Assembly: GCA_965279035.1 (NCBI GenBank)
Contig: OZ257142.1
Coordinates: forward strand, 1,312,001-1,376,000
Origin: Bacteroidia bacterium
Lineage (GTDB): Bacteria > Bacteroidota > Bacteroidia > M30B66
Direction: 5' to 3'
DNA length: 64,000 nucleotides
The position numbers were made by a program, and so were the translations under genes. Under the pieces are notes generated by a model. That model was given only the letters and a program-made list of their open reading frames with translations, was not told the origin of the DNA and searched no databases. Shown here one piece after another: positions 20,356 to 30,758 of this stretch (position 1 is its first letter; each line of letters begins with the position of its first letter).

Positions 20356-21774
20356 ATGAAAAACGTCAACTCTAAAAGTACGGGGCTTTATTTCGCTGCT
20401 TTATTAATTGGGATGTCATCCTCAATGAGCATATTGAAATCGCAACCCGATGTACCCAATCCGGGATTAACATGTCAAGTTACAATTCAAAGTGTTGTTT
20501 CTTTTCAACCCGCTAAACGAAAAGATGGTTCTGTTATCCCTGCTGAATTTGTGAATACAGCTAATGTTATTGGATTTCCTCAGAATTCTGACCAATCTAC
20601 AGATGTTAACTATGTTTCTCTTGGCTTTGGCGGAGAAATTTCAGTCATGTTAACAGATCGCCTTGCAAATGGTACAGGTGCAGATTTTCGATTAGTTGAA
20701 ACTACATTACCAACATCAAACTGCACTCGTTATCCAGAAAAAGCAGAAGTTTTTGTTTCTCAAGACGGTTGTAATTATGTTAGTCTTGGTTCAACTTGTC
20801 AGGATGGGTCTTTTGATTTAGGTGGTTCTGGGCTAGAGTGGATTAAATATGTTAAGATTCATGATATCAGTCCAATAACTCATCCTTTTCAAAATGATGC
20901 ACTCGCAAATGGATATGATTTAGATGGAATTCAATGTTTAAATGGAGCAGCTTCTTCTACAGCACCATTTAATACTACATTTTTAGCTGGGGCAGCACGT
21001 ACTTATCAAAATTATTTGCCTGCAAATCCTACAACAATACCTGCTTCTCGTAAGATTCCTGCGAATGCTACTGGATTCCCACAAAATAATAATGGAACAC
21101 CTATTACCTTTGTTTCACTTGGCTTTGGTGGAGAAATAACAGTAATATTTGACTATATCGTATTTGATAAACCTGGTCATGATCTTTTTATAACTGAAAC
21201 ATCAGGTTCTGCAAGTTATCCTGAAAAAGCAGAGTTTTATGGATCTGCTAATGGTTCAGAATGGGTTTCTCTTTCAACTACAGAAGATGGAACTACTTTA
21301 GAACAAGATGGTTGGATTGATTTTAATGGTGCATTATATGGACTAAAATACCTTCGTGTTATTGATCGTAGTAAGAAATCAGCTTTTCCTTCGGGATCTG
21401 ATGGATATGATTTAGATGGTGTTACTACAATTAATGGATCAAATTGCTTATCAAATGGTCAACCTACTAGCAATGCTCGTTACTACCAAATTGAGAACAA
21501 TGTTCCTGATGAATCTGGAGTAGCGTCGGTATACCCAAATCCTTTTACTAATTTATTTACATTCAACTATCTTGCAGGAAGTAGTAAAGAAAATATTTCA
21601 ATGCGTGTTGTGAATATTACTGGTCAAGCTGTATTTACTCAAGTATTTGAAGTTGAACCTTCCCAAGAATATACTAAATCGGTTGATTTATCAAGTTTGC
21701 CATCAGGTATATATATGATTGAAATTTCATCATTATCCAATGGTAAGGAAGTTTTGAAATTGATTAAAAACTAA
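20356..21774 (+). CDS. T9SS-secreted protein with two SLGFGG domains (paralogue 3)
   Basis: 2x VSLGFGGEI...YPEKAE...GYDLDG; VYPNPF CTD. Confidence 0.85.
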   Translation: MKNVNSKSTGLYFAALLIGMSSSMSILKSQPDVPNPGLTCQVTIQSVVSFQPAKRKDGSVIPAEFVNTANVIGFPQNSDQSTDVNYVSLGFGGEISVMLTDRLANGTGADFRLVETTLPTSNCTRYPEKAEVFVSQDGCNYVSLGSTCQDGSFDLGGSGLEWIKYVKIHDISPITHPFQNDALANGYDLDGIQCLNGAASSTAPFNTTFLAGAARTYQNYLPANPTTIPASRKIPANATGFPQNNNGTPITFVSLGFGGEITVIFDYIVFDKPGHDLFITETSGSASYPEKAEFYGSANGSEWVSLSTTEDGTTLEQDGWIDFNGALYGLKYLRVIDRSKKSAFPSGSDGYDLDGVTTINGSNCLSNGQPTSNARYYQIENNVPDESGVASVYPNPFTNLFTFNYLAGSSKENISMRVVNITGQAVFTQVFEVEPSQEYTKSVDLSSLPSGIYMIEISSLSNGKEVLKLIKN

Positions 21775-21797
21775 ATCAATTTTTTCAATAGTGCTTT

Positions 21798-21828
21798 AAA
21801 GCCCGATTTAATAAATCGGGCTTTTTTT
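21798..21828 (+). terminator. Intrinsic terminator
   Basis: AAAGCCCGATTTA/TAAATCGGGCTTT plus T-tract. Confidence 0.9.
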
Positions 21829-22034
21829 ATTGTTAATAAGTATGGTTTTGAATTAAAATTTTGTTTTTAATGTAAGGAATTTAGTAGACAATTAGTGTCT
21901 AAACATCGTTAAAATACGTAGCAAATATCAAATATAGATAATAAATACTATAATAAGTTAAGCTTTGTTCAACTGCGTGAGTATTTATGATTAAAATCAT
22001 GATTTTACTATTGTAAGATTCAATCGGTTTTCAA

Positions 22035-22042
22035 TACATTTG
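22035..22042 (+). promoter_or_regulatory. -7 promoter element (TACATTTG)
   Basis: TAnnTTTG 22 nt before ATG 22065. Confidence 0.55.
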
Positions 22043-22064
22043 AATACATTTTAACCTAAACCAC

Positions 22065-23534
22065 ATGAAAACATTTACTTCTTTTAAAAAGCCTATGTTG
22101 GCAGGAGCAATGGTAATTGGTGCTGGACTCTTGCAAGTTATAGCTCAACCAATTTACCCTGTAACAATTGCAAATTATGCAGTTGGAACAACACAAGACG
22201 GACTCAGCAATGGAGTTCCAGTAGGTCGTGACAATCCATTGAATGCATTATTTGTTGAAAATTCTGATGTTCAAGGTCCTACAAATAATTTTGTTTCTCT
22301 TGGATTTGGAGGAGTAATTGATCTTCAATTTGACCAACCATTTGGACGTGGAGAAGGACTTGATCTTGAGATATTTGAAACTTCATTTGGAACCCCAAAT
22401 TGCGCTACATGGCCAGAACAAGCCAATGTATATGTATCACAAGATGGTTGTAATTGGGTACAAGTTGCTGCTAACCAATGCCAAAATTTTGGAGTAGAAC
22501 TTCCAGATAATCTTCCTTGGGCATTATTTGTTCGTATCGAAGATTCTTCAAACAATGCTTCATTTCAGCCAGATGCTGATGGGTATGATGTTGATGGTGT
22601 TCAAGCAAATTACTTAAGCAATATTCCTTTGAAAGGTTCTGAGGATTTACGTTTTGCTGATTCTTACCAAAACTTCATTCAAGGTTCAATTAAAGGAAAT
22701 GCTTCTACATTACCTGCATTGAACCGTCGCGATCCAAATCAAGCAGTTGGTCCAACTACAGGAAGTGACGTTGCTGGTTCTCCAGTATTTGTTTCTTTAG
22801 GTTTTGATAAAGAAGCTACTGCAGAAACTGAAGGTCAAATTACTTTGGTATTTGACTATACTGTATTTGACCGTCCAGGTGCAGATCTAACAGTATTCGA
22901 AACAACTTTTGGTGATAATGCATCTCAAACTTGTGATAAATACCCTGAAGTTGCAGAATTCTGGGGTTCAAATGATGGAAGTAGCTGGACTTTATTAGCT
23001 GCTGCTTCTACTGAGCCTTCTGATGCATATTTAGGTGGTTCAGGCCGTCTTTGTCGTGATGGTCAGTTGGATATTTCAGGTATGCCATTATCAGGTGGAG
23101 TTAGTACACTTCGTTATTTGAAAATCGTTGATAAATCAATCAAATCATCTAGTCGTTTCCCAGGTAGTGCTGATGCATATGATGTAGATGGAGTTTATGC
23201 TTATCCATGTGCACTTCCTAACGATGGAAAATTAGGTTTGTATGATCAAAACAATTATCCAGATGAAGATGCTTCTATGTTCTTTGCTGGAATTGCTCCA
23301 AATCCTACAAGCAACATCATTAACGTTAAACTTGAAACAGCAAGCACTGATCAGAATTACACAATTCGTGTAATTGACCTAATGGGACGTGTTGTTGCTT
23401 CTGATGCATTGAATGCTTCTGCAAATTCTTTCGTTAATCATGTAATGGACCTAGGTTCACTTCCTGCTGGAATTTACATGGTATCTATTGAAGGTGCTGG
23501 ATACAAAGTAGTAGAGAAATTGATTAAAGAATAA
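22065..23534 (+). CDS. T9SS-secreted protein with two SLGF domains (paralogue 4)
   Basis: SLGFGG and SLGFDK domains, DGYDVDG/DAYDVDG, IAPNPT CTD. Confidence 0.85.
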   Translation: MKTFTSFKKPMLAGAMVIGAGLLQVIAQPIYPVTIANYAVGTTQDGLSNGVPVGRDNPLNALFVENSDVQGPTNNFVSLGFGGVIDLQFDQPFGRGEGLDLEIFETSFGTPNCATWPEQANVYVSQDGCNWVQVAANQCQNFGVELPDNLPWALFVRIEDSSNNASFQPDADGYDVDGVQANYLSNIPLKGSEDLRFADSYQNFIQGSIKGNASTLPALNRRDPNQAVGPTTGSDVAGSPVFVSLGFDKEATAETEGQITLVFDYTVFDRPGADLTVFETTFGDNASQTCDKYPEVAEFWGSNDGSSWTLLAAASTEPSDAYLGGSGRLCRDGQLDISGMPLSGGVSTLRYLKIVDKSIKSSSRFPGSADAYDVDGVYAYPCALPNDGKLGLYDQNNYPDEDASMFFAGIAPNPTSNIINVKLETASTDQNYTIRVIDLMGRVVASDALNASANSFVNHVMDLGSLPAGIYMVSIEGAGYKVVEKLIKE

Positions 23535-23550
23535 TCGATTTCATAAATTT

Positions 23551-23656
23551 AAAAGCCCATTCAAAGAATTGAATGGGCTTTTTTTATTTCTATAATAATC
23601 AATTTGTTTATTTTATATAAGAAAGCCCTGTTGGATATTCCAGCAGGGCTTTCTTA
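23551..23656. terminator. Two intrinsic terminators between convergent genes
   Basis: AAAAGCCCATTCAA/TTGAATGGGCTTTT (23551-23585) and AAGAAAGCCCTG/CAGGGCTTTCTT (23618-23656). Confidence 0.85.
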
Positions 23657-23674
23657 TTAATTAATTGAGTTCAA

Positions 23675-24106
23675 TTAGTTCTTACTTGGATAGTTTTTTA
23701 CTTTGATTGAATCAAGGCTAGTTTCTTCTTTCTGAGAAAATATCTTTTTCAATAAAGACCTTACTTCTTCAAAAGCTGTTTCATTCTTAACAATGAAATC
23801 ATGTGCTCCCATTTTGAAAGCACTGATTGCTACATCAGCTCCTGTTTGACCTGACAAAAAGATTACATGAATATTGGGATCAAACGATTTGATTTTTTGT
23901 AAAACCTCTAACCCTGACATTCCTGGTAAACGGTGATCTAAAATAACAACGCGTGGTTTTAGTTTAAGATTTTCCACACATTCTTCTCCAGTGAAAAAGA
24001 CTCTGATGCCATCATAATAATTCGCCTCAAGGTCATAATTGATCAGATTGGCGAAAAAGGGCTCATCCTCTACAATGAATATCTTTACTTGGTCTTGCTT
24101 CTTCAT
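23675..24106 (-). CDS. Stand-alone response regulator receiver protein
   Basis: IFIVEDE, ILDHRLPGMSG, FLS and DFIVK REC motifs; no output domain. Confidence 0.88.
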   Translation of the reverse strand: MKKQDQVKIFIVEDEPFFANLINYDLEANYYDGIRVFFTGEECVENLKLKPRVVILDHRLPGMSGLEVLQKIKSFDPNIHVIFLSGQTGADVAISAFKMGAHDFIVKNETAFEEVRSLLKKIFSQKEETSLDSIKVKNYPSKN

Positions 24107-24277
24107 AATAGTCTTTTTTCTTTGGACCTCTTTATTCGTTTGTGATATATAAATGTTTCATTCTAAACAAATCAATCTATTTGAATCAGAAATTCATTTA
24201 TAAACAACTTTTGTAAAATAGCTAAAGTTTTCAATGCTAAACAAACCAAATGCACACATATTTATACATACAGCATG

Positions 24278-25411
24278 TTAATTCATATGCTTGATTTCAA
24301 TAAGTTCTCTTTGAGTGTGATTTTGATATTCAATGCAGAGGATATAACATCCATTTTGAATGTTCATTAGATTTAGATGAAATGGATACGCAATTTTTTC
24401 ATGAAGTATTGAAACTCCCTTTGTATCGAATATATGAATATCTATCTGTTCATTTTGAGTGAGTCCATTTTCTAATTCAAATAAAATCTTTGAATCGATA
24501 GGTTGGGGGAAAAATCTGAACTCTTTTTTTTCATTCAACTTAATTGAAGTCACATTGCAGATTTGAATAGAATAAATGTTACCCCCATTATTTAATTGAT
24601 CATTTTTCTCATCACTTAAGTAAAAGTTGCAAGTATCTAAAATTGAAAGTCCTTCCTTTTGTGTAATATCTAAAAAATGAAGTCGTTGATTAATGTTACT
24701 CAGTAGTTTATTATTTGTTGATGTATTAAAACTGAGTATTTCCAAAGATGTTAGCAAATACAAACGATTGAATTCAGGTAAGAAATCGGCTGATGTTACA
24801 GAACAAGCATATGACTGATTTCCAACCCAAAACGAATCGAGTCTACTTAATACATAATTCCCTTCAGCGGCAGGCAATGCATATTCATAAGTAAAGCCAC
24901 TATATGGAGTTGTCCTATTCTTAGTAAAAAGAAATAAGCTATCGTTTTTATAAATCATAGCTTCAGTATCAAAGTTCATTTGATTATCCTGCGGAGGAAA
25001 AAGCGACTGTTCGGAAAAATGAAATTGAATAATTGAAGGAATTAAGGTTGATTCTCCTAAGGGAAGAGTATTTGTATCAAAATAATAAATGGCCAAATCC
25101 TGCCTATCATTTTGATTATTTCCGAAATCACCAACATATAAAATTCCAGTTGGAGTAAGCGCTAAATCCTCCCAATCGTTATTTTGAACTCCATTGAGAT
25201 AAATCAAACGTACAATTTCACATTGATCATTGATTTCGTATATAACGGCCTCATTTCCAGAATCATTATGAGTAAAGAATGTTCCTGTAGATGTTCTTTC
25301 TAAGCCTGAAGACTCAAAAATGGAAGGAGGAAGCGTACATAATGGGATTGGTGAAACAGTTTGCCCGTTGACAATAAATTGAATCAGAAGAAAAAGAAGT
25401 GTTATTCTCAT
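24278..25411 (-). CDS. Secreted beta-propeller-like protein with T9SS CTD
   Basis: ESSGL, THNDSG, DWEDL and DFGNN motifs; ATG overlaps the mscS stop. Confidence 0.7.
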   Translation of the reverse strand: MRITLLFLLIQFIVNGQTVSPIPLCTLPPSIFESSGLERTSTGTFFTHNDSGNEAVIYEINDQCEIVRLIYLNGVQNNDWEDLALTPTGILYVGDFGNNQNDRQDLAIYYFDTNTLPLGESTLIPSIIQFHFSEQSLFPPQDNQMNFDTEAMIYKNDSLFLFTKNRTTPYSGFTYEYALPAAEGNYVLSRLDSFWVGNQSYACSVTSADFLPEFNRLYLLTSLEILSFNTSTNNKLLSNINQRLHFLDITQKEGLSILDTCNFYLSDEKNDQLNNGGNIYSIQICNVTSIKLNEKKEFRFFPQPIDSKILFELENGLTQNEQIDIHIFDTKGVSILHEKIAYPFHLNLMNIQNGCYILCIEYQNHTQRELIEIKHMN

Positions 25412-26250
25412 GTTGAGATTTTGAGGCAATCGGAAAGTTGCGCAAGGGCTTCTGAGTATACCGAAGACTTTAGGTTTTCTTGTTGGAAATTATTTGAAAA
25501 TGAAATGTAAATATACCAGCCAGTTGTATCAGCTAACAATAAAGTTCGCACTTGATCTTTAATGCCATTTCGTGTTCGAATAAACACTTGAAGTTCTTTC
25601 AGTCTTTCTTGAAGGTCTTTGGGGACTGATGATATATAGAGTTTAATTTCCTCCCTATATCTTCCATTCCCTTTATTTAATATCGGTTTACTTAGAATGA
25701 TACTATTATGAATCTTTACAAATTCATTGGTATTTGTTTGTTCTAGAGTAAAAAAGAAAGTTCCGATTCGTGTAACTAATCCAAATGACTGATCTATTTC
25801 AATATAATCACCCATATGGAAAGGTTTTTTATTGAGGATGATGAACCAAGCAAAAAATGATAAAAGAAGATCTCGGATCGCAAAAGCAAAACCGGATGCT
25901 ACCAAGCCTAGAAATATTGTCAAATTTCCAAGAGAAACCCCTGCTTTCCAGAATGTGATAAAAAAAGCTATCGTATATAGAGTAATGGAATAGAGCTTCG
26001 AAACGATAATTCGTTGCTCCAATTCCATTTCCTTTTCAAACATTGTCCAGACTCTTTTTTCTGTAAGTCTTAAAATAACAGTGATGACTAAGAGTGAAAT
26101 AATAAGTGTTAGAAATAACTCTAATACAAGTAAAATGGAAGGATCAATTTCAATTATTTCTTTCTTAATAATCAAATAGATTAGTTCTGAAATAATCAAA
26201 ATTACTGTCAACAATAGAATGCGACGGAAAAGTCTTTTTTTGATTGCCAT
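25408..26250 (-). CDS. MscS-family mechanosensitive channel
   Basis: TM helices, GFAFAIRD, KPFHMGDYIEI. Confidence 0.85.
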   Translation of the reverse strand: MAIKKRLFRRILLLTVILIISELIYLIIKKEIIEIDPSILLVLELFLTLIISLLVITVILRLTEKRVWTMFEKEMELEQRIIVSKLYSITLYTIAFFITFWKAGVSLGNLTIFLGLVASGFAFAIRDLLLSFFAWFIILNKKPFHMGDYIEIDQSFGLVTRIGTFFFTLEQTNTNEFVKIHNSIILSKPILNKGNGRYREEIKLYISSVPKDLQERLKELQVFIRTRNGIKDQVRTLLLADTTGWYIYISFSNNFQQENLKSSVYSEALAQLSDCLKIST

Positions 26251-26407
26251 AGATTTAGAATGACAAAGAACGTGATTCTACAAGTTTAGGTTAAGAAAAT
26301 TGTTCAGAAACTAATTAGAATCATTTCTTAACAACAAGTAATTCCTAATTTAGCGGCGGTTAACCCATGGGCGGGATGTTCCGTCCTAACATCAAAACTG
26401 ATCATCC

Positions 26408-27352
26408 ATGAAAATTACCGTAATCGGTGCCGGAAATGTAGGTGCAACATGCGCTAACGTGATTGCAGAAAAAGAACTTGCAAACGAAGTTGTTTTAATT
26501 GATATCAAAGAAGGACTTTCAGAAGGAAAGTCTCTTGATATGTGGCAAACAGCCCCAATCAACCTTTATGATTCTCGAATTATTGGTTATACGAATGATT
26601 ATTCTCAAACGGCCAATTCTGAAGTAGTAGTTATCACATCTGGTCTACCACGTAAACCAGGAATGAGTCGTGATGATTTAATTGCAACCAATGCTGGAAT
26701 TGTAAAGTCTGTAACAGAGAATGTGATTAAATATTCTCCTGAAGCAAAGATTATCGTTGTTTCAAATCCTTTGGATGTAATGACATACGTAGCATACCTT
26801 ACTGCGAAAGTTGATCCTCGTCGGGTATTTGGTATGGCTGGAATTTTAGATACAGCAAGATATCGTGCATTTTTAGCAGAAGCACTCAATGTTTCACCAA
26901 AAGATATTCAAGCAGTTTTAATGGGTGGTCATGGTGATACAATGGTTCCACTTCCTCGTTATACAACAGTTTCTGGGATTCCTGTTACTGAGTTGATTGA
27001 TGCTGCTAAGTTGGATGCAATTATCGATCGTACTAAAAAAGGTGGAGGAGAATTGGTGAACCTAATGGGGACTTCTGCTTGGTATGCTCCAGGAGCTGCT
27101 GCCGCTCAAATGGTAGAAGCGATTGTTCGTGATCAAAAACGCATCTTCCCATGCTGTGCTCTTTTAAATGGAGAGTATGGATTGAAAGATATTTATCTCG
27201 GAGTTCCTGTGAAACTTGGTAAAAATGGTATTGAAGAAATTATCGAGTTGAAGTTGAATGCTGAAGAAAGCAAACTCTTGCATGAAAGTGCTAAAGCGGT
27301 GAAAGAAGTGATGGATGTGTATGATACCATGGCGAAATCAGCAACGGTATAA
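26408..27352 (+). CDS. mdh: Malate dehydrogenase (LDH-like)
   Basis: GAGNVG, PRKPGMSRDDL, SNPLD, LDTAR and GGHGD motifs. Confidence 0.96.
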   Translation: MKITVIGAGNVGATCANVIAEKELANEVVLIDIKEGLSEGKSLDMWQTAPINLYDSRIIGYTNDYSQTANSEVVVITSGLPRKPGMSRDDLIATNAGIVKSVTENVIKYSPEAKIIVVSNPLDVMTYVAYLTAKVDPRRVFGMAGILDTARYRAFLAEALNVSPKDIQAVLMGGHGDTMVPLPRYTTVSGIPVTELIDAAKLDAIIDRTKKGGGELVNLMGTSAWYAPGAAAAQMVEAIVRDQKRIFPCCALLNGEYGLKDIYLGVPVKLGKNGIEEIIELKLNAEESKLLHESAKAVKEVMDVYDTMAKSATV

Positions 27353-27372
27353 TTCAATAAAAATTAATTTTT

Positions 27373-27397
27373 AAGGGGCCTAATAAGCCCCTTTTTT
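27373..27397 (+). terminator. Intrinsic terminator
   Basis: AAGGGGC/GCCCCTT plus T-tract. Confidence 0.75.
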
Positions 27398-27403
27398 ATT
27401 CGA

Positions 27404-27850
27404 ATGAACAAATACACTTTACCCATTGAGATAATCGATTTACATGGTGAGGGAATGCATCTATTTGTTCGTGTAAAAGCAGGTAGGAAGAATTGTCGAT
27501 TGCTACTCGACACAGGGGCATCACGAACCGTTTTTGATTCAGAGCGGTTTGCAAAACTTTTCCCACTTGTTCAAATAGAATCCCTCGATAAATTATCTAC
27601 TGGATTAGGTACAGATTCCTTAAGTGGTCATTCAGGAATTATTCCGAGTTTATCGTTCGGTAAGTTGAAACTTATCGACTTTAAAACTGTTATATTGAAC
27701 TTGAGTCATGTGAATAAATCATATAAGAGTCTTGGTTTTCCTCTTATTGATGGAGTTTTGGGAAGCGATTTACTTTTCAAATTCCTAGCTCATATTGATT
27801 ATGGAAAATCTGAAATGCTTTTAATGGATCAAATGTTATTCGAGAAATAA
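27404..27850 (+). CDS. Retropepsin-like aspartic protease
   Basis: LLDTGAS and DGVLGSDLL motifs. Confidence 0.85.
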   Translation: MNKYTLPIEIIDLHGEGMHLFVRVKAGRKNCRLLLDTGASRTVFDSERFAKLFPLVQIESLDKLSTGLGTDSLSGHSGIIPSLSFGKLKLIDFKTVILNLSHVNKSYKSLGFPLIDGVLGSDLLFKFLAHIDYGKSEMLLMDQMLFEK

Positions 27851-27852
27851 AG

Positions 27853-28986
27853 ATGAAAATTGGAATTGTTTGTTATCCAACATTTGGAGGAAGTGGCGTA
27901 GTTGCAACTGAATTAGGAATGGCTTTGGCGGCTCAAGGACATCAAGTTCATTTCATTTCGTATAGTCAGCCGTTTCGACTTGATTTTTTTTCTGGTAATT
28001 TATTTTACCATGAAGTTCCTATTACAAATTATCCTCTTTTTGAATTTCTGCCCTATGAGATTTCATTAACGTCGAAGTTGGTAGATGTTGTTATGCATCA
28101 AGATTTAGATCTTTTGCATGTACATTACGCTATTCCGCATGCTTCTGCGGCTTATATGGCTAAGAAAATATTGGCAACGAAAGGAAAGAATATCCCATTC
28201 ATAACTACATTACACGGAACAGATATTACCTTAATGGGACGTGATCCATCCTATCAACCGGTGATTGAATTTGCGATCAATGAAAGTGATGGAGTGACTG
28301 CTGTATCGGATTCGCTTCGATTGGATACTTTAAAATATTTTGATATTACTCGTGAGATTGAGGTGATCCCCAACTTTATCGATATTGAGAATTACGCCAA
28401 AGAATCGGACTTATGTTTCAAAGGCATGTATGCTCCAAATGGGGAGAAAATTTTAACACATATTTCGAACTTCAGACCAGTTAAACGAATTGATGATGTT
28501 GTTCGTGTTTTCGAAAAAGTACATCAGGAAATGCCTGCTAAATTATTGCTTGCAGGTGATGGTCCAGAGAGAGGGAATGTGGAGAATTTGGCTCGACAAC
28601 TAGGTGTTATTCAAGATGTTGTTTTTTTAGGCAAAACCAAAGCGATAGAAAGAATCTTATACATGTCGGATTTGTTCTTGTTGACTTCTGAATCGGAAAG
28701 TTTTGGATTATCATCTCTGGAAGCAATGGCTAGTCATGTTCCAGTTATTTCAACCAATACAGGTGGAATTCCAGAAGTAAATATTGATGGGGTTTCAGGC
28801 TTTTTAAGTCGTGTAGGTGATGTAGATGATATGGCTCGAAATGCACTGAGACTATTAAAAGATGAAAACTTGATGCGGCAATTTAAAGTGCAGGCACGAG
28901 CTCAAGCAGCTAAATTCAATATTACTGAAATACTACCGCTTTATGAGCAAATGTATTCGAGGCTAACAGGATTAACTATTGTTTAA
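27853..28986 (+). CDS. bshA: N-acetyl-alpha-D-glucosaminyl L-malate synthase
   Basis: CYPTFGGSGVVATELG, HVHYAIPHA, TTLHGTD, SNFRPVKR and ESFGL motifs. Confidence 0.95.
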   Translation: MKIGIVCYPTFGGSGVVATELGMALAAQGHQVHFISYSQPFRLDFFSGNLFYHEVPITNYPLFEFLPYEISLTSKLVDVVMHQDLDLLHVHYAIPHASAAYMAKKILATKGKNIPFITTLHGTDITLMGRDPSYQPVIEFAINESDGVTAVSDSLRLDTLKYFDITREIEVIPNFIDIENYAKESDLCFKGMYAPNGEKILTHISNFRPVKRIDDVVRVFEKVHQEMPAKLLLAGDGPERGNVENLARQLGVIQDVVFLGKTKAIERILYMSDLFLLTSESESFGLSSLEAMASHVPVISTNTGGIPEVNIDGVSGFLSRVGDVDDMARNALRLLKDENLMRQFKVQARAQAAKFNITEILPLYEQMYSRLTGLTIV

Positions 28987-29324
28987 CCACCCGCTTTCTT
29001 TGCTTTGTAGTTTTTAGAGATAAGAAAATTCAGAATTTTATCTCGGTGATCACCTTGAATTAATATTTCAGCATCCTTGGCGCTTCCACCCGAACCACAT
29101 AAGTTTTTGAGTGCTTTGGATAAAACTTCTAAATCAGCAGAAGTTCCTATAAAACCGCTAATAAGTGTGACCTGTTTTCCAGCTCGTGCTTTTTTATCGA
29201 GCAATATTTTCAGGTTTTGTTGATTTGGAGGAAGAGTTTCGGGCTCAGTATCTTTTTCAGTTTCATAACTGAAATTGGGATTCGTTGAATACACAATATT
29301 GATTCTGTCTTTGGGCTTAGCCAT
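28983..29324 (-). CDS. SUI1/YciH-family translation initiation factor
   Basis: IVYSTNP, RAGKQVT, LKNLCGSGGS and IQGDHR motifs. Confidence 0.9.
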   Translation of the reverse strand: MAKPKDRINIVYSTNPNFSYETEKDTEPETLPPNQQNLKILLDKKARAGKQVTLISGFIGTSADLEVLSKALKNLCGSGGSAKDAEILIQGDHRDKILNFLISKNYKAKKAGG

Positions 29325-29481
29325 ACCTGTATTCTATCAGATCCGAAAGATATTGAATAAGCCCTTATTCAACCATTAATTGATTTCATTTTTGATTGAA
29401 TGTTGAAAGAAGTGCAATATTCAAACATGTTAATTATACACATATAGTGTAATTTGCGGCCTCAAATTCAACTCTTCAACA

Positions 29482-30138
29482 ATGAAATTTTTTATCGACA
29501 CAGCCAACCTTGATCAAATTCGTGATGCACAAGACTTAGGTGTATTGGATGGTGTAACTACCAATCCAAGTTTAATGGCAAAAGAAGGAATTAAAGGAGC
29601 CGACCGGATTTTAAAACATTATGTTGATATATGTGAAATTGTAGATGGAGATGTTAGTGCAGAAGTGATTTCTACAGATTACGAAGGCATTATTAGAGAA
29701 GGTGAAAACTTAGCGTCCTTGCATCCACAAATCGTAGTTAAAGTTCCTATGATACGAGATGGAGTGAAAGCCATCAAGTATTTTTCAAAAATTGGAATTC
29801 GTACAAATTGTACGTTGATTTTCTCTGCTGGACAAGCTTTGTTAGCTGCTAAAGCGGGTGCAACTTATGTTTCTCCATTTATTGGGCGATTGGATGATAT
29901 TTCGACCAGCGGTGTTGGATTGATTGAACAAATTCGTTTGATCTATGACAATTATGGATATCAAACCGAAATATTAGCTGCTTCAATTCGTCACACCATG
30001 CATTTAATAGAATGTGCCGAAGCAGGAGCTGATGTAGCAACTTGTCCATTGAATGTTATTACTGATTTATTGAAACATCCATTAACTGATATAGGATTGG
30101 AGAAATTTCTTTCCGATTATCAGAAAACAAACGGATAA
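29482..30138 (+). CDS. fsa: Transaldolase/fructose-6-phosphate aldolase (TalC/Fsa type)
   Basis: [20 protein letters not shown] and [11 protein letters not shown] motifs. Confidence 0.9.
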   Translation: MKFFIDTANLDQIRDAQDLGVLDGVTTNPSLMAKEGIKGADRILKHYVDICEIVDGDVSAEVISTDYEGIIREGENLASLHPQIVVKVPMIRDGVKAIKYFSKIGIRTNCTLIFSAGQALLAAKAGATYVSPFIGRLDDISTSGVGLIEQIRLIYDNYGYQTEILAASIRHTMHLIECAEAGADVATCPLNVITDLLKHPLTDIGLEKFLSDYQKTNG

Positions 30139-30755
30139 TGCTTATTCGAATTCACCCACAAACACCTGATCCTCGCCAGCTTAAAAAGGTCGTGGAAATT
30201 TTACGTGATGGTGGGGTGATTATTTATCCTACTGATGGTGTTTATGCCTTTGGTTGTGATATTCAGAAATCAAAAGCAGTTGAACGTGTTGCTCAATTAA
30301 AAGGTATCAAACCAGAGAAAGCCGACTTTTCTTTTGTTTTTGATGATTTGCGCCATATAACAGAATACACTCGTCCTGTTGACACTCCGGTATATAAACT
30401 CATGAAGAGTTGTTTACCCGGACCCTATACGTTTATTCTGAATGCAAATAATAGTGTTCCGAAACTGTTCAAGAACAACAAAAGAACCTTGGGAATCCGA
30501 ATTCCGGATAATGCTATTTGTAGGGCAATCGTTACCGAATTGGGTAGTCCGATTATATCAAGTTCAGTTCATGATGAAGATGATATCATCGAATACACAA
30601 CAGATCCTGAATTAATACATGAACGCTATCGGGATTTGGTAGATGCTGTGATTGATGGTGGATATGGAGCATTACTACCTTCAACAATTGTTGATTGTAC
30701 AGGGAATGTTCCTGAACTGATTAGGCAAGGTGCTGGAGAAGTTGATTTTGATTAA
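30138..30755 (+). CDS. Sua5/YciO/YrdC-family protein (threonylcarbamoyl-AMP synthase-like)
   Basis: IIYPTDGVY, LPGPYTFIL, GIRIPD and PSTIVD motifs. Confidence 0.9.
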   Translation: MLIRIHPQTPDPRQLKKVVEILRDGGVIIYPTDGVYAFGCDIQKSKAVERVAQLKGIKPEKADFSFVFDDLRHITEYTRPVDTPVYKLMKSCLPGPYTFILNANNSVPKLFKNNKRTLGIRIPDNAICRAIVTELGSPIISSSVHDEDDIIEYTTDPELIHERYRDLVDAVIDGGYGALLPSTIVDCTGNVPELIRQGAGEVDFD

Positions 30756-30758
30756 GCT

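Noticed and set aside
15976-23534. Diversity-generating retroelement or invertible shufflon acting on the paralogues
   Set aside because: No reverse transcriptase or recombinase, and no near-identical nucleotide TR/VR pairs or inversion sites were seen; similarity is at protein level.
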